A stretch of DNA of 64,000 nt from contig CANCJF010000001.1 of the NCBI GenBank assembly GCA_947378245.1, positions 2,668 to 66,667 of the forward strand, given 5' to 3'. How positions within the stretch are numbered: the first letter of the stretch is position 1; each line of letters starts with the position of its first letter. Shown piece by piece: positions 26,268 to 36,209 of this stretch. The notes below the pieces were generated by a model. It was not told the origin of the DNA. It did no database searches and saw only the letters and a list, made by a program, of their open reading frames with translations. The position numbers and the translations under genes were made by a program. This DNA is from Bacteroidota bacterium (GTDB taxonomy: Bacteria > Bacteroidota > Bacteroidia > Flavobacteriales_D > Crocinitomicaceae).

Positions 26268-28535
26268 TTATTTATTTTGTGCATCTACCACGGCAACTTT
26301 TACCATGTTCACTATTTCACGAACTGACGCACCCATTTGCACTACATGTATCGATTTTTTCAAACCAACTAAAATTGGACCAATGGCTTCTCCTTCAATC
26401 ATCTCTTGCAACAATTTATATGCGATATTACCTGAAGAAAGATTCGGGAAAATGAGCGTATTAACTTGTTTGTTTGCTAAAGTTGAAAACGCGAACTTTT
26501 CATTCATCAAATCATTATTCAATGCAAAATTTGCCTGAACTTCCCCGTCGACAACTAAACTTGGATATTTTTCATGAAGAATATCCACTGCTTGAGCCAT
26601 TTTGATAGAGTCCTTACCTGGTGATGAACCAAAGTTAGAATAACTTAACAAAGCAATTTTTGGAACCACTTTAAACTTACGAATCGTCTTCGCAACATTG
26701 TTCGTGATTTCAGCAATTTCCTCTGCAGTAGGATCCATATTGATGGTTGTATCTGCTAAGAACAAGGGACCACGTTTTGTCATTAGTATATACAAACCTG
26801 CAATTGTTTTTACATCTTTTTGTGTACCAATTGTTTGTATAGCAGGTTTTACTACGTCTTTGTAATTACGAGTTGCTCCTGAAATCATTGCGTCTGCATC
26901 ACCTGTTTCCACCATCATGGCGCCAAAATGGTTCCGTTCACGCATGATTTGTATGGATTCAAATTCCGTAAACCCTTTTCGTTTGCGTTTTTCGAAAAAA
27001 CCTTTCCCGTAAGCGATACGTCGTTCTTGTTCCTCTTCCGATTTCGGATCAACAATTACAAATTCTGTGAATTCCAAAGCATACTCACTAATAATCGCTT
27101 CGATACGTTTTTTGTTTCCTAACAAAATTGGGAAGGCTACACCTTCTTCGCTTGCAAATTGTGCAGCTTTAAGTACTTTATAATTATCTGCTTCTGCAAA
27201 AACAACACGTTTAGGATTGCTTTGTGCTTTGACAGTAATGTTTCTCAATAATTTATTGTCTAATCCCAAACGGTTTTTCAATTCCATTTCATACGCATCC
27301 CAATCCGTAATTGGATTTTGAGCAACACCTGAGTCCATCGCTGCTTTTGCAACGGCTGGTGCTACGTAGTAAATCAAACGCGTATCCAATGGTTTAGGAA
27401 TAATTTGCTCACGACCAAAGGAAATGCTTTTATCTCCATAGGCTTCGATTACTTCTTCTGGTATCGTTTCTTTTGCTAACGAAGCTATCGCTTTCACCGC
27501 AGCCAATTTCATCTCTTCATTAATAGTTGTCGCACGAACATCCAATGCACCACGGAAAATAAATGGGAATCCCAATACATTATTCACTTGATTAGGATGG
27601 TCTGAACGACCCGTTGCCATAATAATATCTTTACGAACAGAAACAGCATCTTTGTAGGAAATCTCTGGTTCTGGATTCGCTAATGCAAATACGATAGGAT
27701 CATTTGCCATCGATGCAATCATCTCTTTAGAAACCAAATTTCCTTTGGATAATCCTAAGAAAACATCTGCATTGACAAACATTTCTTCTAAGGTTTTGTC
27801 GCCGCTAGTATGTGAACCAAAAATCAATTTGTTGTCCTCTAAGTCTTTTCTACCTGCATGTAATAAACCTTTACTATCAAACATAAAAATTTTCTTCACA
27901 TCAGCACCTAAGGAAATATATAGCTTCGCACACGACATCGCTGCTGCACCTGCTCCTGAGATAACAATGACAACATTCCCAATTTTTTTATCTGCCAATT
28001 CTAAAGCATTCAATAAAGCTGCCGAAGAAATTATCGCCGTACCATGTTGATCATCGTGCATAATTGGAATATTCAACTCCTCTTTTAAACGACGTTCAAT
28101 TTCAAACGCTTCAGGCGCTTTGATATCTTCTAAATTGATTCCACCAAAAGTTGGAGCAATCGCTTTTACAGTTTGTATAAATAATTCAGGATCTGAAGCA
28201 TCCACCTCAATATCAAACACATCAATATCAGCGAATATTTTAAATAATACTCCTTTTCCTTCCATGACTGGTTTCGAAGCCAAAGGGCCAATATTACCTA
28301 AGCCAAGCACTGCAGTACCATTAGAAATTACAGCAACTAAATTCCCTTTAGCCGTGTATTTGTATACGTCGTCTGCATTTTCAGCAATTTTCAAGCATGG
28401 CTCAGCCACACCCGGCGAATATGCTAACGATAAATCTCGTGGGGATGCGTATGGTTTTGTAGGAACAACTTGAACTTTTCCTGGTCGACCACTGGAGTGG
28501 TAATCTAAAGCGTCTTGTTTGCGAATTTTTGCCAT
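26268..28535 (-). CDS. maeB: NADP-dependent malic enzyme (malic enzyme domain plus PTA-like domain)
   Basis: ...ALDYHSSGRPGK...LSLAYSPGVA...GNIGPLASKPVMEGK...DDQHGTAII... followed by a C-terminal phosphotransacetylase-like half; 755 aa. Confidence 0.93.
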   Translation of the reverse strand: MAKIRKQDALDYHSSGRPGKVQVVPTKPYASPRDLSLAYSPGVAEPCLKIAENADDVYKYTAKGNLVAVISNGTAVLGLGNIGPLASKPVMEGKGVLFKIFADIDVFDIEVDASDPELFIQTVKAIAPTFGGINLEDIKAPEAFEIERRLKEELNIPIMHDDQHGTAIISSAALLNALELADKKIGNVVIVISGAGAAAMSCAKLYISLGADVKKIFMFDSKGLLHAGRKDLEDNKLIFGSHTSGDKTLEEMFVNADVFLGLSKGNLVSKEMIASMANDPIVFALANPEPEISYKDAVSVRKDIIMATGRSDHPNQVNNVLGFPFIFRGALDVRATTINEEMKLAAVKAIASLAKETIPEEVIEAYGDKSISFGREQIIPKPLDTRLIYYVAPAVAKAAMDSGVAQNPITDWDAYEMELKNRLGLDNKLLRNITVKAQSNPKRVVFAEADNYKVLKAAQFASEEGVAFPILLGNKKRIEAIISEYALEFTEFVIVDPKSEEEQERRIAYGKGFFEKRKRKGFTEFESIQIMRERNHFGAMMVETGDADAMISGATRNYKDVVKPAIQTIGTQKDVKTIAGLYILMTKRGPLFLADTTINMDPTAEEIAEITNNVAKTIRKFKVVPKIALLSYSNFGSSPGKDSIKMAQAVDILHEKYPSLVVDGEVQANFALNNDLMNEKFAFSTLANKQVNTLIFPNLSSGNIAYKLLQEMIEGEAIGPILVGLKKSIHVVQMGASVREIVNMVKVAVVDAQNK

Positions 28536-28640
28536 AATCTATTGGATAATTTTCAGAACAAATGTAAGAAAAATCAAGGATTAATGAAGCAAAACAAGGA
28601 AATAAAATAGGGTAAAAAATAGAGGTTTTAACTCTAAAAA

Positions 28641-28964
28641 TCAGTGTCTTACGACAAAACGCGTAGTTTGAACTAACACTTCATTCGAATAAATATTAAC
28701 TAAATAAACGTTATTCTTAAAATCCGACAAATCAATTTTTTTAAAGTTATCCAACTCATCTCCATAAATTTCAGTCCCCAAGGCGCTGAAAATTTTAATG
28801 CTTCCTTTTGTCAAACCACCTTTTACAGTAATATTCAAAAATTCAGAAGCAGGATTAGGATAAAGCGAAACGGTGATATCGTCTGTATCCACCACTTTAC
28901 TATTAGATTGAGCAAACAACCCAGTAGATATGGTTAGGAATAAAAAGACAAGAAAAACTTTCAT
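28641..28964 (-). CDS. Small secreted protein consisting essentially of a signal peptide and a T9SS C-terminal sorting domain
   Basis: MKVFLVFLFLTISTGLFAQ, then about 10 residues, then VSLYPNPASEFLNITV...IKIFSALGTEIY...NVYLVNIYSNE...RFVV. Confidence 0.65.
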   Translation of the reverse strand: MKVFLVFLFLTISTGLFAQSNSKVVDTDDITVSLYPNPASEFLNITVKGGLTKGSIKIFSALGTEIYGDELDNFKKIDLSDFKNNVYLVNIYSNEVLVQTTRFVVRH

Positions 28965-29098
28965 CGTTCACATTGATTTATTCAAATATAGAAAATAAAG
29001 TTTGGAAAAACAAACGTATTTAAAAAATATAGAATAAAATAACGAAAACTTTCCGAACAAAAAAATCAAATTTTTCTTGCTGTTTAAAAAATTAGTCA

Positions 29099-29106
29099 TA
29101 CTTTTG
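29099..29106 (+). promoter_or_regulatory. Candidate -7 promoter element (TACTTTTG) for bcp
   Basis: Exact TAnnTTTG 36 nt upstream of the ATG at 29142. Confidence 0.35.
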
Positions 29107-29141
29107 ATTAAATAATAATCGTATTTGTTTAAAATATAAGC

Positions 29142-29612
29142 ATGAAGCATTTAAAAGTAAACGACAAAGCGCCTGCATTCGAGAGTATCGACCAAAATGG
29201 GAATGCATTTTCATCAGCAACATTAGCTGGAAAAAAATATGTTGTGTATTTCTATCCGAAAGATTTAACACCGGGTTGTACTGCACAAGCATGTAACTTA
29301 CGTGATAATTATAGTGAGTTACAAGAAAAGGGTATTGAAATCATAGGTGTTAGCATGGACGATGTAAAATTACATACGCGATTCATTGATAAATATGAAT
29401 TACCATTTACTCTATTAGCAGATACCGACCGTAAAGTAATTGATGCATTCGATGTATGGGGGTATAAAAAATTCATGGGGAAAGAATACGATGGAATTCA
29501 CCGTACAACTTTTATTGTTGACGAAAAAGGTGTAATTATCGGAATCATTGACAAACCTAATACGAAAGACCACACACGAGAAATTTTAGAAATAATGGAA
29601 GGGAACAAGTAG
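29142..29612 (+). CDS. bcp: Thioredoxin-dependent peroxiredoxin Bcp
   Basis: ...VVYFYPKDLTPGCTAQAC... peroxidatic and resolving Cys motif; 156 aa. Confidence 0.92.
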   Translation: MKHLKVNDKAPAFESIDQNGNAFSSATLAGKKYVVYFYPKDLTPGCTAQACNLRDNYSELQEKGIEIIGVSMDDVKLHTRFIDKYELPFTLLADTDRKVIDAFDVWGYKKFMGKEYDGIHRTTFIVDEKGVIIGIIDKPNTKDHTREILEIMEGNK

Positions 29613-29641
29613 AACGTAAAAAAAATACGTTGTATAGGGTA

Positions 29642-29649
29642 TACCTTTG
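29642..29649 (+). promoter_or_regulatory. Candidate -7 promoter element (TACCTTTG) for recA
   Basis: Exact TAnnTTTG. It overlaps the TTG start used by the ORF track, which supports the downstream ATG at 29692. Confidence 0.35.
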
Positions 29650-29691
29650 TCAAAAGAAACGATAAATAATAACGAATTAAAAAATAAAATC

Positions 29692-30732
29692 ATGGCTAAA
29701 GAGGCAAACAAAGAAGTAAACTTAGAAAAATTGAAAGCGTTACAACTTACAATGGATAAGTTAGATAAAACGTATGGTAAAGGTACCGTAATGAAAATGG
29801 GGGATTCTCCAATTGATGAAATTGAAGTGATTCCTTCTGGTTCAATTACCTTAGACTTAGCATTAGGAGTTAACGGTTTCCCTAAAGGTAGAATCGTTGA
29901 AATCTACGGACCAGAGTCTTCCGGTAAAACTACCTTGGCAATTCACGCGATTGCAGAATGTCAAAAAAATGGAGGTATCGCAGCATTCATTGATGCAGAA
30001 CATGCATTTGATCAATTTTACGCAAGAAAATTAGGAGTTGATATTGACAACTTATTAATCTCCCAACCAGATAATGGTGAACAAGCATTAGAAATCGCGG
30101 ATAACTTGATTCGCTCAGGAGCTATCGATTTAATCGTGGTGGATTCCGTTGCTGCCTTGACTCCAAAAGCAGAAATTGAAGGAGAAATGGGGGATTCACA
30201 AATGGGTCTACAAGCACGTTTGATGTCGAAAGCACTAAGAAAATTAACTGGATCTATTTCAAAAGCGAAATGTTCTTGTATTTTCATCAACCAATTACGT
30301 GATAAAATCGGTGTAATGTTTGGTAACCCAGAAACTACTACTGGTGGTAACGCTTTGAAATTCTACGCTTCTGTACGTTTAGATATTCGTCGTGCAGCAC
30401 AATTAAAAGATGGGGAAGAAGTTATCGGTAACCGTGTAAAAGTGAAAGTGGTTAAAAACAAAGTTGCTCCACCATTCCGTAAAGCAGAGTTCGACATCAT
30501 GTATGGTGCAGGAATTTCTAAAGTTGGTGAAATCATTGACCTTGGAGTTGACCTAAACATCATCAAGAAAAGTGGTTCATGGTTCTCCTACGGAGAAACA
30601 AAACTAGGGCAAGGAAGAGATTCTGTCAAATCCATTTTATCAGACAACCCAGAATTGATGTTAGAATTGGAAGGATTAATCAAAGATGCTTTGACTAAAC
30701 CTGAAGCAAAAGAACTAATACTAGGAGAGTAA
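29692..30732 (+). CDS. recA: Recombinase RecA
   Basis: ...[26 protein letters not shown]..., Walker [12 protein letters not shown], ...IDAEHAFD..., ...VVDSVAAL... Confidence 0.97.
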   Translation: MAKEANKEVNLEKLKALQLTMDKLDKTYGKGTVMKMGDSPIDEIEVIPSGSITLDLALGVNGFPKGRIVEIYGPESSGKTTLAIHAIAECQKNGGIAAFIDAEHAFDQFYARKLGVDIDNLLISQPDNGEQALEIADNLIRSGAIDLIVVDSVAALTPKAEIEGEMGDSQMGLQARLMSKALRKLTGSISKAKCSCIFINQLRDKIGVMFGNPETTTGGNALKFYASVRLDIRRAAQLKDGEEVIGNRVKVKVVKNKVAPPFRKAEFDIMYGAGISKVGEIIDLGVDLNIIKKSGSWFSYGETKLGQGRDSVKSILSDNPELMLELEGLIKDALTKPEAKELILGE

Positions 30733-30752
30733 GGATGTTGCATGCAACATCC
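30733..30752. repeat. Perfect 20-nt palindrome GGATGTTGCATGCAACATCC
   Basis: Exact self-complement starting 1 nt after the recA stop. Related in sequence to the GCATCCCTA/ACATCCCTAC motif family. Confidence 0.7.
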
Positions 30753-30753
30753 C

Positions 30754-30793
30754 AAAACAAGTACGGGAACCTAAAGCTTCCCGTACTTGTTTT
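30754..30793. terminator. Bidirectional terminator (16-bp perfect stem flanked by A-run and T-run)
   Basis: AAAACAAGTACGGGAA-N8-TTCCCGTACTTGTTTT between convergent recA and lysC. Confidence 0.8.
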
Positions 30794-30795
30794 GA

Positions 30796-32061
30796 TCATC
30801 GCATCAAAATCCGAGCAGTCTGTTCGGATTTTTGCGTTAATATAATCTGCTTATCTTCTGTTACTCTATCAATCGTCTTTTGATCGTAATGACGTATCGT
30901 TACTAATTCAAAACCTTCTTCCACCGTAATTACATACTCTTTTTCTAAAATTTGAAAAAGATTTTTAATTACATTTTGTTTATTATCAATCACAAAATCA
31001 AAACTAATCGCTGAATTTTGCATTAAATTAATATGAACTCCAGCACGAGAAAGAACATCAAATAAATGACTCAAATTTTCTTCCACTATAAATGAAAAAT
31101 CTTTAGGAGTAATACCAACCTTAATTTGATTCATCTTAAAAATAAATGAAGGAACAAGATGATCAAATTCAGTAGAAGCAGAAATTTCAGTTCCTTCAGC
31201 ATGAGGATCAATGAATGATTTTACAAATAATGGAATGTTTTTGTTTTGTAATGGCTTAATTGTTTTAGGATGGATGACAGTTGCACCATAGTATGCCAAC
31301 TCAATAGCTTCTTGAAAAGAAATTTGTTTTAATTTTATCGTATTATCGAACCATTTTGGATCTGCATTCAACATACCGGGTACATCTTTCCAAATGGTTA
31401 CACTTGATGCATTCAAACAATAAGCAAAAATTCCTGCAGTATAATCAGATCCCTCGCGACCTAATGTAGTTGTTAAACCTTCGGTAGTAGATCCAATAAA
31501 TCCTTGAGTAACAATTGTATTTGAATTTTTTAATAAGGGTGAAACATGAGTAGTAATTAACTCTTGTGTTTTTAACCAATCCACTGATCCATTGCGATAA
31601 CTGTTATCCGTTCGGATACACAAGCGAGCATCTAACCAAATCGCTTGTTCAGTTTGTTCTAACAAATAACATTCCACAATTTTTGTAGAAGCCAATTCTC
31701 CAATAGATACAATTTGATCGTAGACAAAATCATAATTTTCAGAAAGTGGTTGGTTAATCTTATTTTGTAATCCTTCAAAAAGTTCATCCAGAAAACTATT
31801 AACCCCTTCATGTGAATCAGGAAATAATTTTTCACAAACATTAATATGATATTGATATACTTGGTCAACTAAATAACGAAATGATTCAGTACTTTTATTC
31901 CAAAGAGCATCTACAATCTCTTCCATTGAATTCGTTGTTTTCCCCATTGCAGAAACAACAACTAATTTTTTTTCTTTAGGAAATAAAGAAATAATTTTTG
32001 CAACATTCTTCACAGCTTCAGCATCCTTAACTGAAGCACCACCAAATTTAAAAACTAACAT
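30796..32061 (-). CDS. lysC: Aspartate kinase
   Basis: MLVFKFGGASVKDA..., ...VVVSAMGKTT..., C-terminal ACT-like region; 421 aa. Confidence 0.88.
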   Translation of the reverse strand: MLVFKFGGASVKDAEAVKNVAKIISLFPKEKKLVVVSAMGKTTNSMEEIVDALWNKSTESFRYLVDQVYQYHINVCEKLFPDSHEGVNSFLDELFEGLQNKINQPLSENYDFVYDQIVSIGELASTKIVECYLLEQTEQAIWLDARLCIRTDNSYRNGSVDWLKTQELITTHVSPLLKNSNTIVTQGFIGSTTEGLTTTLGREGSDYTAGIFAYCLNASSVTIWKDVPGMLNADPKWFDNTIKLKQISFQEAIELAYYGATVIHPKTIKPLQNKNIPLFVKSFIDPHAEGTEISASTEFDHLVPSFIFKMNQIKVGITPKDFSFIVEENLSHLFDVLSRAGVHINLMQNSAISFDFVIDNKQNVIKNLFQILEKEYVITVEEGFELVTIRHYDQKTIDRVTEDKQIILTQKSEQTARILMR

Positions 32062-32210
32062 AATTCAATCTTTTAAATCATACACAAACAAAAGTAGACA
32101 CTTTATACTCAAATTCTATCTATTCTTTCAAATTATTAAATAATTAGATAGTGTTAACGGTCTAGAATTAATTAAATTTATAGTACTAAAATTATACTAA
32201 TATAAGGTTT

Positions 32211-32561
32211 ATGAAAGAAATTTCGGAAAAGAGCGATGTACAAGATTTAGTACAATCATTTTATTCTCAAGTATTAATTGACAAAGATCTTGCACCGTTT
32301 TTTCAGAGGATTGACTTTGAAAGTCACATGCCTAAAATGGTTGATTTTTGGTCTTTTGTTTTACTAGACGAGTCGGGCTACACAACAAATGTAACTGATA
32401 AACATATGCATATGCCTCTTACACAAGAACATTTTAATCGATGGATTGAATTATTTCATGCGACTGTGAATGCAATGTTTATTGGTGAGAGAGCTGAAAT
32501 AGCAAAACAAAGAGCAAGCTTAATAGCATGGACAATTCAAAATAAAACAGGAATTAAATAA
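32211..32561 (+). CDS. Group III truncated hemoglobin-like protein
   Basis: 116 aa; ...LVQSFYSQVLIDKDLAPFF...MVDFWSFVLL...HMHMPLTQEHFNRWIELFHATV...AKQRASLIA resembles the trHb group 3 pattern. Confidence 0.65.
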   Translation: MKEISEKSDVQDLVQSFYSQVLIDKDLAPFFQRIDFESHMPKMVDFWSFVLLDESGYTTNVTDKHMHMPLTQEHFNRWIELFHATVNAMFIGERAEIAKQRASLIAWTIQNKTGIK

Positions 32562-32572
32562 CAGTTAACGCA

Positions 32573-33388
32573 TCATTTTTTTATACTAATTTCTTTGTTC
32601 CAACTACCTATAGAAAGAATGGCTTTATCATCACATGTTCCATCCCCATAATCAATTATTGCATCTCGTTTACCTTCGCGTTTTATTGTTAATTTTCCAG
32701 ATTTAATCCATTGACAACCAATTGATTTTACTAATGGTGATTCTGTCATAAATGAATATGATTTTCCCTCAGAATTTTCTCCGCTTGAATTTCCAGAAAT
32801 TTCATAGGAGTCGTCTAAAAAATTAAGTGGTGTATCATATCCCGAAACCATTTTGCGAATTCTATTGGATATCCAAGTAATAGATGAGCCATCAGGTTTA
32901 GTCACTTTTCCATTTTCTACTTGAATTGAATGCGTAAATTTTTCAATTATTTTAATCGTTTTTTTACCACTTACCCCGTAGCCATTTATGAAATAATTTT
33001 CAGGTTCATAAATAGCTTCGCTACCCTCTAAACCAACCTTTCCAACATACTCAATATTGATTTTTCCACGTCTTTTTTTAGTATCATTACAAGTACAATC
33101 GGTCAATCCAAAATCAACAAATAACTTTATTTTTTTTGCTAATGAATCATAAGACACAACATTTACTTTTATGCATGTATCTTTTGATTTATCATAATCT
33201 TTTACCGTATTTGTTATACCTGCTAGATCTCCAATGTCTTTCAAATCTGAAAAAGAATTATCTGCAACATTATCATCTGTTGCAATGCTTGAAACTTCCA
33301 TCACATCCTTATCTTTTTTCCCACATGAAACGAGCAATGTAGCTGCAATTAGTACTATAAATATTAATCTACCAATTGTTTTTTTCAT
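32573..33388 (-). CDS. Lipoprotein, function unknown
   Basis: MKKTIGRLIFIVLIAATLLVSC lipobox and several paired Cys. No family recognised. Confidence 0.55.
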   Translation of the reverse strand: MKKTIGRLIFIVLIAATLLVSCGKKDKDVMEVSSIATDDNVADNSFSDLKDIGDLAGITNTVKDYDKSKDTCIKVNVVSYDSLAKKIKLFVDFGLTDCTCNDTKKRRGKINIEYVGKVGLEGSEAIYEPENYFINGYGVSGKKTIKIIEKFTHSIQVENGKVTKPDGSSITWISNRIRKMVSGYDTPLNFLDDSYEISGNSSGENSEGKSYSFMTESPLVKSIGCQWIKSGKLTIKREGKRDAIIDYGDGTCDDKAILSIGSWNKEISIKK

Positions 33389-33419
33389 TCTTTTATTTTA
33401 ATTTTTGTAAGTTGCATCG

Positions 33420-34004
33420 TTATTTTTCCATACAATCACATGGTGCATCAAATTCTATTTTTACCCAATGTAATCCGCGTAACCATTTTTGTTGGTATGT
33501 AGGTCCATAAACAATCCCTCGCATATCAATGTATTTTAAATTTTTCATCGATAAAAATGCATTGGGAAAGGTTTCAAGAGGCGTTTCCCATAAATCTATA
33601 TATCTCAATTTATCCAAATTAACTATGCTTTCTGAAATATGAGTAAAAGGATTTTGACTTAATAGTAGTCGCTCAAGTGACTTAATCTTACAAATTTCAG
33701 TTGGAAAAACAGTTAAATTGTTTTTAGATAAATCAATATCAATTAATCGCTCAAAACTTGATATAAATTCTGGTACTTCTGATAATTTATTTTTACTTAA
33801 ATTCAAATGACGCAAAAACTTATATTTACTTAATTCTTTGGGTAATGCAGTCAGTTTTCGCTTGGATAAGTCTATTGCAGTTACTTCTTCAATTTCCATG
33901 GAATGTGCCTGTTCAAGTGTCACATAATGGATGGTATCCACCTCCTTATTAGCAATTGTAAAAAAGGTGCTACTCAGAAAAAGAAGTACGAACAAATATT
34001 TCAT
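33420..34004 (-). CDS. Small secreted leucine-rich repeat protein
   Basis: ATG at 34004 gives signal peptide MKYLFVLLFLSSTFFTIA (track start 34013 is TTG). About 5 typical LRRs (L..L.LS.N.L...P..I). Its 5' end overlaps the ribF 3' end by 35 nt. Confidence 0.7.
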   Translation of the reverse strand: MKYLFVLLFLSSTFFTIANKEVDTIHYVTLEQAHSMEIEEVTAIDLSKRKLTALPKELSKYKFLRHLNLSKNKLSEVPEFISSFERLIDIDLSKNNLTVFPTEICKIKSLERLLLSQNPFTHISESIVNLDKLRYIDLWETPLETFPNAFLSMKNLKYIDMRGIVYGPTYQQKWLRGLHWVKIEFDAPCDCMEK

Positions 34005-34905
34005 CCTGTGCAAGTTGATGTTTTAACGCTTCAACATTCGCAAATTTTTGCTCTTCACGAACGCGCTCTATCAAAGATACGTGAATTTTTTGATTATAAA
34101 TATCTTCCGAGAAATCAAATATATGTACTTCAATATGTGTTTCCATGGAGTCATCTAAGGTAGGACGAGTACCTATGTTCATCATACCTGAATGCATTTG
34201 GCCATTTTCCAAGGATATTTTAACACCGTAAACTCCATTCCCAGGAATTAATTTTAATGAATCATCAATACGAATGTTAGCTGTAGGATAACCTATCGTT
34301 CTACCTAATTTATTTCCATGAATAACAGTTCCACTAAGTTGATACGTTTCATTCAAATAGTGATTAGTAGTAGAAATATCCCCTTTGGATAATGCTTTTC
34401 TAATTTTCGAAGAACTAATATTTACATCGTTAATCTCTTGAGCTGAAATTTCCTCAACACAAAATCCATAGTTTAATGCGCGTAATTCTAAAAAATGTAA
34501 ATTTCCTTCTCTATTCTTTCCAAATTGATGATCATAACCAACAATAATTGTATGAACATGTAATTTAGCAACCAAAAATTGCGAAACAAATTCATCAGCA
34601 GTGAATTCTGAAAACTCTTTAGTAAATGGAAAAACGATTAAATGTTTTAGTCCTAAGCGCGCCAGTTTTTCTATTTTCTCTTCTTGAGTTTGTATTAATT
34701 TAATCCCATGATTCGTAGGATGAATAATCATCCTAGGATGAGGAAAAAAGGTAAATAACACAGATTCTCCACCTACTTCATCTGCTCGGTGATTGAGTTG
34801 CTCAATAATTTTCTGATGACCAAGATGTACACCATCAAACGTTCCAATAGTTAACACCGGATTGGGAATTTGTCCAATTTCATCAAAGTTTGTGTAAATT
34901 TTCAC
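33970..34905 (-). CDS. ribF: Bifunctional riboflavin kinase / FMN adenylyltransferase
   Basis: ...LTIGTFDGVHLGHQKII... nucleotidyltransferase motif and C-terminal riboflavin kinase (...GRTIGYPTANI...). GTG start, no nearby ATG. Confidence 0.92.
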   Translation of the reverse strand: MKIYTNFDEIGQIPNPVLTIGTFDGVHLGHQKIIEQLNHRADEVGGESVLFTFFPHPRMIIHPTNHGIKLIQTQEEKIEKLARLGLKHLIVFPFTKEFSEFTADEFVSQFLVAKLHVHTIIVGYDHQFGKNREGNLHFLELRALNYGFCVEEISAQEINDVNISSSKIRKALSKGDISTTNHYLNETYQLSGTVIHGNKLGRTIGYPTANIRIDDSLKLIPGNGVYGVKISLENGQMHSGMMNIGTRPTLDDSMETHIEVHIFDFSEDIYNQKIHVSLIERVREEQKFANVEALKHQLAQDEIFVRTSFSE

Positions 34906-34989
34906 CCTAATTTTATCCTTGAAAGTTCTATGCCGTGAAGTTACTAAATAGAATTTGTATTTTAGTGCGTTTAACAGGTATTTATAGAG

Positions 34990-36153
34990 ATGAAAAAATT
35001 ACTTTTTATAGGCTGCATACTGATTTTATTAGCTGCAAAATGTCAAACAGGGGTCACTAAAAACACCTTTAACATACATAAAAATACAATAGATACTATT
35101 TTACATAGAAATGCATTAAATCATGTTTATGCCTTGTTAAAGAACCTTGCTGTATCCAATGATTCATTATTTTCAATTGTTCACATAGGTGATTCACACA
35201 TTGAAATAGGTCAATTTTCAGGTGAAATTAAAAATCAATTGGAAAATCAATATGGCAAAAGTGAAGAAGCCTGGATGTTTCCTTATCAATTTTTCAATAA
35301 ACAAAGTCAAAAAGTATTTCCTATAGATACTTTAGGGACTTGGAAAAGAGCAAGTATCAAAGAACCTAATCCAGCTACACCACTTGGTATTACAGGGCTT
35401 GGTTTTTATTTAAGCAGTACAACTGGAAATTTAATTTTCTCTTCAAATTCTTTGTACAAGGATATTACTAAAATTTCGTTCTTACATTATTATGATGGTA
35501 ATCCTTTACCAATTTCCATTCACAAAGGTAAAATTCACACACAAGTAATTAGTAAAAACACTGCGATTACTGAAATTACTTTTAGCTCAATCGAAAACAA
35601 TTACTCTTTAAAATTCTCAAAATCTGATGGTTTATTAATTTATGCGTTAAAATTAAATTCACACCCTAAGCGTGGAATAAGTTATCACAAATTTGGTGTA
35701 GCTGGCTCAACTATGCAACAATTCATGAATAACACTCCTTTATTTATGGAACAATTACGTGCACTAAAACCAAGTTTATTAATTGTTTCTTTAGGCACAA
35801 ATGATTCCTACATTGATTCATTAAAAGAAGATAAAGTTTTTCAAGAAGTACGTGTGTTTACAGAATTATTATCACGCTACAGTTCTAAAACTGCAATTTT
35901 ATTTACAACTGCACCTGATACAAAATATGATGACAGACGTCCAGAACGATTGACTGAAATCAACCGTATTATTCGAAATATTGCCAATGAAAATCCGAAT
36001 ATTGCACTTTGGGATCTTCAACATATTATGGGTGGAGATGGTTCTGTAGATGCTTGGATAAAGAAAAATTACATGATTTTTGATCATCTTCATTTTAATC
36101 CTGCTGGTTATAAACTTCAAGGAGAGTTGTTTATGGAGGCGTTTGAAAAATGA
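34990..36153 (+). CDS. SGNH/GDSL-type hydrolase, exported
   Basis: Signal peptide; block I VHIGDSH, block III SLGTNDS, block V DHLHF. Confidence 0.7.
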   Translation: MKKLLFIGCILILLAAKCQTGVTKNTFNIHKNTIDTILHRNALNHVYALLKNLAVSNDSLFSIVHIGDSHIEIGQFSGEIKNQLENQYGKSEEAWMFPYQFFNKQSQKVFPIDTLGTWKRASIKEPNPATPLGITGLGFYLSSTTGNLIFSSNSLYKDITKISFLHYYDGNPLPISIHKGKIHTQVISKNTAITEITFSSIENNYSLKFSKSDGLLIYALKLNSHPKRGISYHKFGVAGSTMQQFMNNTPLFMEQLRALKPSLLIVSLGTNDSYIDSLKEDKVFQEVRVFTELLSRYSSKTAILFTTAPDTKYDDRRPERLTEINRIIRNIANENPNIALWDLQHIMGGDGSVDAWIKKNYMIFDHLHFNPAGYKLQGELFMEAFEK

Positions 36154-36209
36154 GGATGCCTTAGGCTTATTGGAATCGAAGTGTTTTTTTACTATGATTT
36201 CACTTTTAA

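Noticed and set aside
26209-28473. Plus-strand ORFs of 64-117 aa inside maeB (26209-26538, 26255-26455, 26928-27122, 27745-28050, 28120-28473)
   Set aside because: They are antisense to a clearly conserved gene, with low-complexity Ser/Ala/Thr/Ile-rich translations typical of antisense frames, and no independent signals.
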